The notes: generated from the sequence alone by a model not told the origin. Shown: positions 40,709-50,775, counted from the first letter of the whole stretch. The stretch: DNA of 63,335 nt, filler included, from Octopus bimaculoides (GCF_001194135.2; 7 parts of 7 records of this genome joined end to end with filler, not necessarily neighbours in it), one strand, 5' to 3'. Numbers and translations: made by a program.

Positions 40709-41096
40709 TCTTCTGTTTTAAAATAAAGGAAGTGAGGATTGTGATGGTGATGGCCATTTCCCTAACTTTTTCTTTTTTAAAACATTCAAGGCTTCGCTCA
40801 TCATTTTTAAGTGTGCAATGCAAAAAAAAAATTGGCCAAAATCGGTACTGAGTGGGGGACGAGGATTTGAAAAAAATTTATAGAATTTCAAAAAAATCCT
40901 TTTTACCGGAAAGGTGCATAGTGCAAAAAAGGAAAGAAAAAAGGGATAAAACTGGTCCGGATGCAGGGAGGGGTATTTATAAATTTTAAAGAAATTTTTC
41001 ATATAAAGCTTCCTCCTAATATGTACTAGAACAGGAATTGAAAAATCCCGTCTTTTATCGTGAAAATTACCCGGGAAGGACGGGATACACAACTAG
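40709..41096 (+). mobile_element. Probable non-autonomous Helitron
   Basis: 5' end A|TCTTCTGTTTTAAAATAAAG; 3' end has a CCCG-ggaagga-CGGG hairpin 8 nt before CTAG|T; inserted at an A|T site. The 5' boundary is less certain than the 3'. Confidence 0.6.
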
Positions 41097-41100
41097 TATA

Positions 41101-41693
41101 TATTGGGTGAAGAAGAATTCATGAGCATTTTGACGTTGATTTTCGTGAAGAGGATTCACTCGCTCTTCATCGAACTCCTCATCGGTTCTTCATCGAACCG
41201 ACCGCCGTTGGTTTTCGCACTTCAAACGACCAGAGAATTGGCGGAGCAGATGGATTGGGGAAAAAAAGAAAGACTGTGGTGAACCACCTTCCCTCAATGG
41301 GCAAGGTTCATCGAACTCAATTGGTCGACCGGTGTCTGATCCGTCTTTGAGATCAAAATTACCATTTTTGAAGCGCGAAAACTAACGGCGGGGGGTACTT
41401 TGAAGCATTGCTCCTTCTCCATACACAGCACAAATCTCATAAGCAGCTTCAGCCGGCTTAACAGCTCGATTAAATGCAAAAAGCAAAAGGTGTCGAAAAT
41501 GCTCAGTTTTGTCCAATTGACATTCCATTTTAATAAGAAAATACACAAAAATCAATAAAATTAAACACTATTTTGTTGAACAAAAAAATTCTCTTGCAAA
41601 TAACATATTTTACCATTGCATTTTATTTCTGCGTGCATTTTTTAAATTTGAAAAAAAAAAAAAAACGCTCATGAATTATTCCTGAACTTAATA
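41101..41693 (-). mobile_element. Internally deleted and rearranged mariner element (MITE-like)
   Basis: Imperfect TIRs TATTGGGTGAAGAAGAATTCATGAGCATTTT (41101) and rc TATTAAGTTCAGGAATAATTCATGAGCGTTTT (41693), TA-flanked. From ATG 41528 on the minus strand: MECQLDKTEHFRHLLLFAFNRAVKPAEAAYEICAVYGEGAMLQSTPRR*FSRFKNGNFDLKDGSDTGRPIEFDE (mariner HTH). Confidence 0.88.
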
Positions 41694-42133
41694 TATGAAT
41701 TTTTCTGCAATATATGTATAGTTTATTCTGTTCATGCTATTGTATTAGCATTACCATGCGTTTGAGAATAAATATTTCCGTATCTTCCAATGCATCTCAA
41801 CGCTTCTAAAGCAAACTTTGTTTACTTTNNNNNNNNNNNNNNNNNNNNNNNNNNNNNNNNNNNNNNNNNNNNNNNNNNNNNNNNNNNNNNNNNNNNNNNN
41901 NNNNNNNNNNNNNNNNNNNNNNNNNNNNNNNNNNNNNNNNNNNNNNNNNNNNNNNNNNNNNNNNNNNNNNNNNNNNNNNNNNNNNNNNNNNNNNNNNNNN
42001 NNNNNNNNNNNNNNNNNNNNNNNNNNNNNNNNNNNNNNNNNNNNNNNNNNNNNNNNNNNNNNNNNNNNNNNNNNNNNNNNNNNNNNNNNNNNNNNNNNNN
42101 NNNNNNNNNNNNNNNNNNNATATATATATATAT

Positions 42134-42200
42134 ATATATAAAGGCGACTCGAGTTTCAGGGCTATTTCCCTTCGTCATGGCCGGTATGACAGTCTTTATA
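42134..42200 (-). ncRNA. Hammerhead-like motif with one extra nucleotide in the CUGA box
   Basis: Minus strand reads GGC-C(A)TGACGA-AGGG aaatag CCCT-GAAAC-TCGA-GTC-GCC, with stem I GGC/GCC, stem II AGGG/CCCT and the palindrome ACTCGAGT. Embedded in (TA)n. Confidence 0.5.
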
Positions 42201-42655
42201 TATATATATATAAACACGTCTGGTGTTCCAGCACGATCGTCAGACACTGTCCACATGCCATAACGAACCACCATAAGCTCTAAGCCATTATCTTTTCAAC
42301 CTTATAATTTACGGTCGAATGGAAATAACTTTTATTTCCCCTTTTGCTTCTTTCTAATTTCTTTTTCGTTTTCCGGTTTTTCAACCTTCCATATTTTATA
42401 CATACTTTTTAATCATGTTTTCTCACGTCCCATTTTTAGTTCGTTATGCCAATTGAGCAGCGTCTGATGGTTGTGCTGGGACACCATGCGTGTTATGAAA
42501 CACTGGCACGTTCTCAGCACATGAAACTAATAGTAGCACATAAAAACATATGTTGTGTTTATTAAATAATATTCATCTCTCACCAGATGGAATACTTATT
42601 TATATATATATATATAAACGAATTGTAAAATGCATGACATAAATGTTATACATAC

Positions 42656-42899
42656 TGATTGAAAGGAGGTGGTCGATAGAGACTGCCACCGACACACAGA
42701 AACAACGCCACCGCCATCAGCATCAGCATGGAACTGTAGAAATCATGTTTGGTGAAGAGAAGCTGCAATATTGGTGGAACAATTAACATTCCCAGACCAC
42801 TTCCGGCACTAGCCACACCATAGGCCGTACTCTTGGCGTGGTTGAAGTACATGGTGACTATCACTACACTTGGGGTATATACGAAAGACCTGCCTACCC
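42656..42899 (-). CDS. SLC16/monocarboxylate transporter (MFS) family internal exon, about TM4-TM6
   Basis: Acceptor ccattttcag|GG (phase 1). Translates GVGRSFVYTPSVVIVTMYFNHAKSTAYGVASAGSGLGMLIVPPILQLLFTKHDFYSSMLMLMAVALFLCVGGSLYRP, matching the MCT pattern G.G....P..V....YF......A.G....G.G.G...P...L.RP. Donor CA|gtatgt (phase 2); 244 bp. Confidence 0.9.
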
Positions 42900-43521
42900 C
42901 TGAAAATGGAGAAAGAAATAAACAAGACGTCAGTAAAATCACATTGAAATAAATAGATAATGGTTTATGTGAAGTTATTAATCGAATATAACAGAATAAA
43001 GGAGTGAAAGAATAAAGAAGTGAAAGAATGTAAGAATGATTGAATGAACAAACGACAGAATAACAAATGAAAGATAAATTGTGTGTGGCGGGGAGTAACT
43101 TTAATGTGATCATTCATTGAAGGAATAACTGATTATTGGTTTTGGTGGGGATTGTGAGTAAGAATGAAAGAATAAAGGACTGCTTGATTAAATGATAGAG
43201 TAGTTGACTTTGCTTTTCGTCCTTTGGAACTGGAGAAATCTATAAAGTGGAGTACTGGTCCTAAATACGAGACCCTGTCTCGATATCAAAAAGCCTCTAT
43301 TATTATTATTATAGAGGTTGCACAGTAAACAATATCGTGAGGATGTTCACTGAAGATATTGTGTCTACCGGGGGTTTGTACTCTTTATCAAGTCACGATA
43401 ACTGTAACTCATCTTCTATACCAATACAAAACATGTACATGACAACACTTCCAATCAGTTAAAATTAGAAGACATGAGACCCAGTACCTGGAACTGCATC
43501 AGGGCTTTATTATTGTTGTTG

Positions 43522-43607
<86 letters not shown>

Positions 43608-43615
43608 TTATGTTT

Positions 43616-43715
43616 NNNNNNNNNNNNNNNNNNNNNNNNNNNNNNNNNNNNNNNNNNNNTTAATTAATTAANNNNNNNNNNNNNNNNNNNNNNNNNNNNN
43701 NNNNNNNNNNNNNNN
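43616..43715. other. Artificial scaffold spacer: 44 N + TTAATTAATTAA + 44 N (unsized join)
   Basis: The same linker occurs at 21700, 43660, 47402, 53185, 59254 and 61315, always inside an N run; TTAATTAATTAA is a six-frame stop linker. Confidence 0.9.
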
Positions 43716-44064
43716 ATATACACACACATGTATCATCCTCATCATCATCGTTTAACGTCCACGCACACACACACATGCATACATATGTAAGTATACGTAT
43801 GTGTATATATATATATATATGTGTGTGTACATATACATGTGTGTGTATATACACACACATGTATCATCCTCATCATCATCGTTTAACGTCCACGCACACA
43901 CACACATGCATACATATGTAAGTATACGTATGTGTATATATATATATATATGTGTATATACACACACACACACATACATACACACACATACATATACACA
44001 CACACACAAACACACATATCAATCACAGGTGAAACTTAGGTGGAATGGATAAGGGCCAAAGCTT

Positions 44065-44315
44065 TCATCTAGTTCTGCTCTCCATGAGATCTGCTTCATC
44101 TGGGTAAATAACCTTGTTGACAAACATATCAGAACCTGGTATAACGGGGATGTTATCAAATAACATTTGATGGAAACACAATGCAATTGTAATAGGTTTG
44201 TTACCATATTCATAGCATTTTTTCAGGTAGGCATCATAGTAGCCTTTGCCTCGTCCAAGACGAGCTCCGGCCAAGGAGAATGCAAGCCCAGGCATCACAA
44301 TTAGATCTAAGCCAC
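44065..44315 (-). CDS. MTHFS: MTHFS terminal coding exon 3
   Basis: Acceptor ttttcttctttttcag|GT (phase 1, matches the exon 2 donor). Translates [30 protein letters not shown]...[11 protein letters not shown], containing the diagnostic DL..MPG.AF...[10 protein letters not shown] motif. TGA stop at 44067-44065. Confidence 0.95.
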
Positions 44316-44597
44316 CTGAAAAAGAAGAAAATATGGATTAATCCTTTTGGCACCAATTCCCCTGAGACCACCTCTAGTTCTATGATACAAAGTATCCTGT
44401 TTTAATGTCATCTAAATTTTTTAAAATTTCCGACAAAATTCCTCATATTTTCAAAATTATTTGAAGCATAGGCATTTCGATGGACATATGATAGCAAATG
44501 GATTAATAAATACAGAAAATTATGGCTATACATATCATATCATGCCACATACATATATATATCTTATTTCATATACACACTTATATATAGATAATTA

Positions 44598-44810
44598 GAA
44601 TGTCACAGGAAAGAATTGCAATATGGATTCTTCAAGCCAATCCAAGTGACAGGAGATTTAGGGGTAGACCAAAAACAAGATGGTTATATAATATCCATAG
44701 TTGGTCACTCTTGGAAATCCAGCAGGCAAGTCTAATGACGGTTGTTTCTGATAGGATCCTGTGGAGGAGGTGTCTGAGGACTCTATCCACAAAGCCCTTG
44801 CACAAATAGT
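44598..44810 (+). mobile_element. RTE-like LINE 3' fragment in MTHFS intron 2 (antisense)
   Basis: MSQERIAIWILQANPSDRRFRGRPKTRWLYNIH...VSDRILWRRCL matches the RGRPK.RW.D.I ... DR..WR motif. Confidence 0.65.
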
Positions 44811-44887
44811 GGGCTAAGAAGATAGATGGATGGATTACATGAATTACATTTTCCATAAAATAATAATAATCTAAATGGCATTCTTAC

Positions 44888-45143
44888 CAGTTTCTAGAGC
44901 ATCAGTGCGAATATCATCATCACTAGGTTGCTTTATATTCCAATTAGTCAATGGAAGATTTTCATAATCTTCTAGAGACTTTAGTGCTACCATTTTCATG
45001 CTTGTGCCACTATAATGTGGAATGAAACAAGTCTTATTGGAAGCCAATATTTTCTTCATAATTGATTCTGTCCGCACCTCATCAGTAGTACTCAGGTAGA
45101 TTGAGATTCGTTTACTGGCTTCGAATTCTGGTAGATTCATCAA
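44888..45143 (-). CDS. MTHFS: MTHFS (5-formyltetrahydrofolate cyclo-ligase) internal exon 2
   Basis: Translates LMNLPEFEASKRISIYLSTTDEVRTESIMKKILASNKTCFIPHY...WNIKQPSDDDIRTDALETG, collinear with the MTHFS family pattern SKRISIFLS..DEI.T..I...K.CFIP.Y...WNI.QP. Acceptor aag| at 45145-45144 (phase 0) after a pyrimidine tract; donor G|gtaag at 44887 (phase 1); 256 bp = 85 codons + 1 nt. Confidence 0.93.
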
Positions 45144-46362
45144 CTTTATAACATGAAATAGAGAAAGGAAAATAAATGAGAAGAGCAAAAAGAGAGAGAG
45201 AGAGAGAGAGAGAGAGTGTGTGTGTGAAATTAAGAAGAGAGGAGGGAGGGAGGAGAATATGAGTGTATTAATTGATTAATGCAAGAACACCAAGTTCTTT
45301 TGGTAATTTTTTTTGTTTTGTTATTGTTGTTTTTGGCATATCTATACAGAATCCAAACAAATTTGTTTCTAGTCTCAAATATGCTTCTAGACAATGAAGC
45401 TTTTATGTAAATCATTCGATCAGCTAAATTTAGAAGCCAAATACCTCCTCAAGTAACAAGCAACTGTCTTATCAAAGAAAGGGTTCACTGGATAATGTAG
45501 TCCTAGATACACTATGCTGCTCCTCCTCCCAAATAAAAAGACTGGAAAGTCAAACCAAAAACACTTTTCATTATAAACCTGCTCCTCTAGAGCTGATTTG
45601 GTCCTCATCAACTGTTCTAACAGTTGCCAGCTACATTGCCCATGTCCTTTCTTTTGAATAAACATCAATGTTGTGGAGTGGGGAGATTTGCATGCATGAA
45701 CAACTGCCAGTCTTCCTTAAATCTCTTGCCTAGGCCTGTACATATATGTGTTGATGCACAGAGGCCCCTGGTCTCAAATCCAACAGAGGTAAACATTGCT
45801 GTCCATTCTTTCGGGAGTTAAAAAATAAAGTATCAGTCTTATACTGGGGTTGAATCTTTCCTTTCTCACATGTTTTTATTTCAGTTTGCTTGTATGTCTC
45901 AGTTTCTGGAAAAAGTTGGCTGTGTTCAAACCTGGAGATGCCCTTAGGACTCCATTATGAATTTAAGGACCCAAGGCAAGACAAGGCAAGGAATACACGT
46001 GCACACACACACACACACACATTACTGAACACACATACTCAATGTATATGCTATGCTTGTTCGCCAGTAGGCTGCGATTTAGTGTGGTGGAGATGACTCC
46101 CTCAAAGTGCTGACTGTTAAAACATCCAAAAGTCATAGACAGGTGAGACAACTTGCCCCAAACCCCTCACCTAGTAGGGTGCGATTTAGTTTGATGGGGA
46201 TGACTCCCTCAAAACATTAGATGTTTTAACACCTGGTGCTTTGAAGGAGTCATCCCCACCATGCTAAATCACAGCCTACCAGCTAAGAAGCATAGCTTAT
46301 ATGTTGAGTATGTGTGTTTAATAATGTTTACAACACTAGCACTACTTCTAATTCATATTTGA

Positions 46363-46404
<42 letters not shown>

Positions 46405-46414
46405 NNNNNNNNNN

Positions 46415-46454
<40 letters not shown>

Positions 46455-46540
46455 TGTAATTTTTGTATAATTATGTATTGTTAATATAACAATACATAAA
46501 AACGGGCTAGAGTTGAAGTGCTCAGCATGAGCTAGAATTC

Positions 46541-47322
46541 ATCTTATAGTAAAAATAGATACATAAGGGTGGAAAACCACAGGAACAATACCATATGTCC
46601 AACGCAAGATATAATATGTGTGTTCAATTCCTTCAAGAATCAATAAATAAATTTATAGTTTNNNNNNNNNNNNNNNNNNNNNNNNNNNNNNNNNNNNNNN
46701 NNNNNNNNNNNNNNNNNNNNNNNNNNNNNNNNNNNNNNNNNNNNNNNNNNNNNNNNNNNNNNNNNNNNNNNNNNNNNNNNNNNNNNNNNNNNNNNNNNNN
46801 NNNNNNNNNNNNNNNNNNNNNNNNNNNNNNNNNNNNNNNNNNNNNNNNNNNNNNNNNNNNNNNNNNNNNNNNGTTAAGTTAAAAGTATACATCTTTTAAC
46901 TTAACTTTTATATTATACTTTTTTTTTTCTATCCTGTCCTAATGTACACGTTTTTAATATAATACATGTAAATTTATAACTTCATCATACCGTATTTACC
47001 CATTATATGTTATATTATATCATAATGTATGTTTATATATCGTAATGTTTTAACTTAAATTCTTATATTCTTATACAATTTGGTAATTATGCATGTTTAT
47101 AAATATTTTTAAATAAATATTTTGAACGTTCATGATATTTCTAAAGTTTATATCGTTGTATTTGCCTGTCTTTTTACTGTACTTTTTAGACACCTTAGAG
47201 ACTGAAAACTATGAATTTATTTATTGATTCTTGAAGGAATTGAACACACATATTATATCTTGTGTTGGACATATGGTATTATTCCTCTGGTTTTCCACCC
47301 TTATGTATCTATTTTTACTATA

Positions 47323-47326
<4 letters not shown>
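46541..47326. repeat. Foldback / MITE-like element with at least 121-bp terminal inverted repeats
   Basis: 46541-46661 is the reverse complement of 47206-47326 with 4 mismatches; the left arm runs into an N gap. Confidence 0.85.
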
Positions 47327-47357
<31 letters not shown>

Positions 47358-47624
47358 NNNNNNNNNNNNNNNNNNNNNNNNNNNNNNNNNNNNNNNNNNN
47401 NTTAATTAATTAANNNNNNNNNNNNNNNNNNNNNNNNNNNNNNNNNNNNNNNNNNNNAGGATGCTGAATCCTTCAGGTGATATGATAAAGACCAAGATAC
47501 CTGGCACCTCGCTGCACTCAAGAAGACCCATTCTCCAAGGGGGAAGTATTCAGACTCGTCCCTCTGATGGCTAAAAGCACATTTGTCTGTTCTTCACAAA
47601 AGCGGACTTGCACTGTCAAAGTGC

Positions 47625-47825
47625 CACCACATTAAAGTGCCTGTGCAGTGCCACATAAAGGCATCGTGTGGAATGTGAAGTGGTTGGCACTAGGAAGGGC
47701 ATCTAGCTGTAGATACCATCACAAATCAGACTGGTGTGTGCTGCAGCTCCCCTTCTCAAGCCAGCCCTGCTCAAACTGTCCAACCCATTTCATCATGGAC
47801 AACAGACATTAAAAGATGAGGATGA
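47625..47825 (+). mobile_element. SINE family C (RTE-type GACGTTAAA(GAT)n tail), decayed
   Basis: GTGGTTGGCACTAGGAAGGGCATCTAGCTGTAG...CCAACCCAT...AGACATTAAAAGATGAGGATG. Confidence 0.7.
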
Positions 47826-48087
47826 ACTTAATATTTTAATTCATTAAAATTGACATCATAGGATCCTGTGTGAAGCTTCCATATTTGCAAACTACACTGA
47901 CACCTTCCCATTGTGTAACAGTTTGAAAAGAAAAACTACAGAATGGTGGATACTAACATTAGTCTTTCTCCAGAAATATAACTTGACATTGTTGTTTAGA
48001 ACCCAATCTGTTTTGACAGGAGCACACACGTGATTGCAGACATTCCATCCATGAACATTTGTAGAAAAGAAAAAAAAAGGTTTGCTA

Positions 48088-48630
48088 ATCATCATCATCG
48101 TCGTTTAACGTCTGCTTTCCATGCTAGCAAGGGTTGGACGATTTGACTGAGGACTGGTGAAACCAGATGGCTCCAATCTGATTTGGCAGAGTTTCTACAG
48201 CTGAATGCCCTTCCTAATGCCAACCACTCCGAGAGTGTAGTGGGTGCTTTTACGTGTCAGGCGGTATTGGCANNNNNNNNNNATGCCCTTCCTAATGCCA
48301 ACCACTCTGAGAGTGTAGTGGGTGCTTTTACGTGTCAGGCGGTATTGGCAACAGCCACGCTCAAAATGGTGTATTTTATGTGCCACCCACACAAAAGCCA
48401 GTCCAGGGGCACTGGCAACAATCTCGCTTGAAAGTCCTTACACATGCCATGGGCACAAGTGCCAGAAAGGCGACGCTGGGCACAGGTGCCATCCCGATTT
48501 CGATTGCCTCAATAAGTCTTCGCAAGCTGAGTTTCGTGTCCAATGAAGGAGATGACGTTGGTATGGGTGCCAGTCGTCGAATTTAGTTTGATTTCGATTT
48601 CACTTGCCTCAACAGGTCTTCTCAAGCAGA
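48088..48630 (-). mobile_element. SINE family C
   Basis: ATCATCATCGTCGTTTAACGTCTGCTTTCCATGCTAGC...GGCAGAGTTTCTACAGCTG.ATGCCCTTCCTAATGCCAACCAC; the reverse of 62366-62515. Confidence 0.85.
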
Positions 48631-48699
48631 TAAAAATGGCTGTGCCCCAGCATGGCCACAGCTCATGAGCTGAAACTAGATGCAAAAAAAATACAAGGA

Positions 48700-49330
48700 A
48701 TAGTTTTATTCATCAAAGTATGCACCCATATGGTCAAATGGTCAATACACTTTTGCCATTTCAGCGGTAGCTTGTCCAGCCCAGAACTGTAAAAGCCTGG
48801 CAACCTAGAGTCAATGAAGTCTTGGAATGCATCATTGGAACTAAATTTTTTTTCCTATGAAAAAGTGATCCAAATTCTGGAAGAAGTGGTAGTGAGTGGG
48901 GGCAAGATCAGGTGAGTATGGTAGATGAGGGAGAACTTCCAACTCAAACTCCTGAAGTTTCGCCTCTGTGGTCAGGCATTGTCTTGCAATAAAATAGAAG
49001 TGGATAAGGTTAAGTAATCTAGGCTGTTTTGATCAAAGTTTCTGCATCATTTGATCCATTTGGCTGCAGTATACTTTGGTCATGATTGATGAACCACATT
49101 TAATTAAATCATAATGGATCACACATGAGCCAGACCACCAAACACATACCATCAGCTTCTTTAGATGAATTTTGCTTTTTGGACTGTGTTTTTGTCCAAC
49201 CATTCTGCTGAACGTTTACAGTTGTTTTATTGGCCCCATTTCTCATCACGTTACATTTCGATTCAAAACGATTCATAAAGATTGTCAAAATATAATAATG
49301 GCACAAAAGGAGCAGCTGTCAAATTTCACC
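48700..49330 (-). mobile_element. Mariner transposase relic (catalytic domain, multiple stops and frameshifts)
   Basis: Successive mariner motifs on the minus strand: RDEKW...KRSAEWLD; KLMVCVWW; YCSQMDQMMQKL; ILLQDNA; PYSPDLAPTHYHFF; KLPLKWQKCID; GAYFDE*. Confidence 0.88.
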
Positions 49331-49504
49331 AAGTCCCTTACTACAAATTTCATACTTGACGTAACTTAGTGGCTCGGCAAAAAGGCACCGATAGAATAAG
49401 TACTAGACTACAAAAATAAGTCCTGGTGTCTATTTGTTCAAAGCCAATACTCCAGAATGGCCATGGCTAAGTGACTGAAACAAATGAAAGAGTAATTCCA
49501 CGTC

Positions 49505-49680
49505 ATCGCCTTTCTTCCTCATGAACATCCATCGCCCTTTTATCGTCTGTCTATGGATGCTGTCATCGTTTGGATCAACAAAAATGAGTGAATCGTTGAC
49601 AGATATACAAGTTCCTGAGACCCAGACAGGAACTTCCCCAATTGAATATCAAACGGGTTTCATCAAATATTTGTAGATTA
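49505..49680 (-). mobile_element. Probable Merlin/ISXO2(IS1595)-like transposase relic
   Basis: Minus-strand frame SVNDSLIFVDPNDDSIHRQTIKGRWMFMRKK resembles the family motif TVNHS.NFVDP...HTQ.IE..W...K.K. Confidence 0.55.
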
Positions 49681-50458
49681 CTTTTGGTTTCTATCGTAAA
49701 ATATACTTTTTGAAGGACATTTCACTTTCAGGGGATATAGATTTTTTTATTTAGCAACAGATTTTTACAGGAATAAAAGAAAGAAAAAAACAATAAAAAT
49801 ATAAAAGATTAACCCCCTCCCCACCCGCTTCTTCTGGTTAATCCTTCCCCACTTCTTTCTTTCCCTTTGTTTCGTTGGTGGAGTATTTCCCTTCTTTTCT
49901 GTTGATAATTTCATATTTTATACTTTTGGTTTCACTTTCATTTCTTCCTCTAAAAATATTTTGCCAAATAAAAGTTTATATTTTATTATATGAACAAAAA
50001 CAAATTGATCCCTTTACTTCCATCCTTCTAGGACGGTATCCTACATTATCCTACCCAAGAATTACAATGGGGTTCGGTGTCTTAAAAGCGGGTGGAAATC
50101 AGATTTCCATAAGTGGCCACCGCACCCGAATCATTTTCATATACGTGATGAAGATAATTTGACGTGTATAAATAATCCATTCAGTTGTATTTTTCTTTTC
50201 CCAACAAATTCCAACCGAATCCTTCTCTAAACAATCTAAAAAAGGTTCTTTCAGATAATTTTATTTTTCAGAAAGATAGGAGGAAACAAATTCCAAGTTG
50301 GTTGGGGCACAGATCGATAGTAATATTGAGAAAGAATCGATAAATTAAAATAAAGAATTGGTTTCCAAACATTTCAGTTGTTGCAAAATATTTGAGAATC
50401 TTTCTCAAACTAAAACACAAACAACAAACGACGGAGAGGGAAGAAGGTAGCTTCCATA

Positions 50459-50775
50459 GCTAGAAATAGCAGTCAAATCTCAAACAAAATAATAGATATC
50501 TCTCTCCTAAAGCTAGAAATAGCAGTCAAATCCCGCACAAATCATAAACATCTCCCTTTCGTAGCTAGAAATAGCAGCCAAATCTCAAACAAATCATAGA
50601 GTATGTCTTTTGTAGCTAGAAATAGCAGCCAAATCCCGAACAACTCATAGACATATCTCTTTCGTAGCTAGAAATAACAGCCAAATCCCGCGCAAATCGT
50701 AGACATCTCTCTCCTAAAGCTAGAAATAGCAGCCAAATCCCACACAAATCAAGGACATCACTCTTTCATAAAACA
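50459..50775 (+). repeat. Minisatellite, 6 copies of a 51-53-bp unit (core GCTAGAAATAGCAGCCAAATC)
   Basis: The core starts at 50459, 50512, 50564, 50615, 50667 and 50719. Confidence 0.9.

Noticed and set aside
48204-48340. Direct duplication of about 68 bp within SINE-C; similar duplications at 60705-60800 and 43722-43950
   Set aside because: The copies are near-identical and flank or abut small N gaps, which is typical of unmerged contig overlaps.
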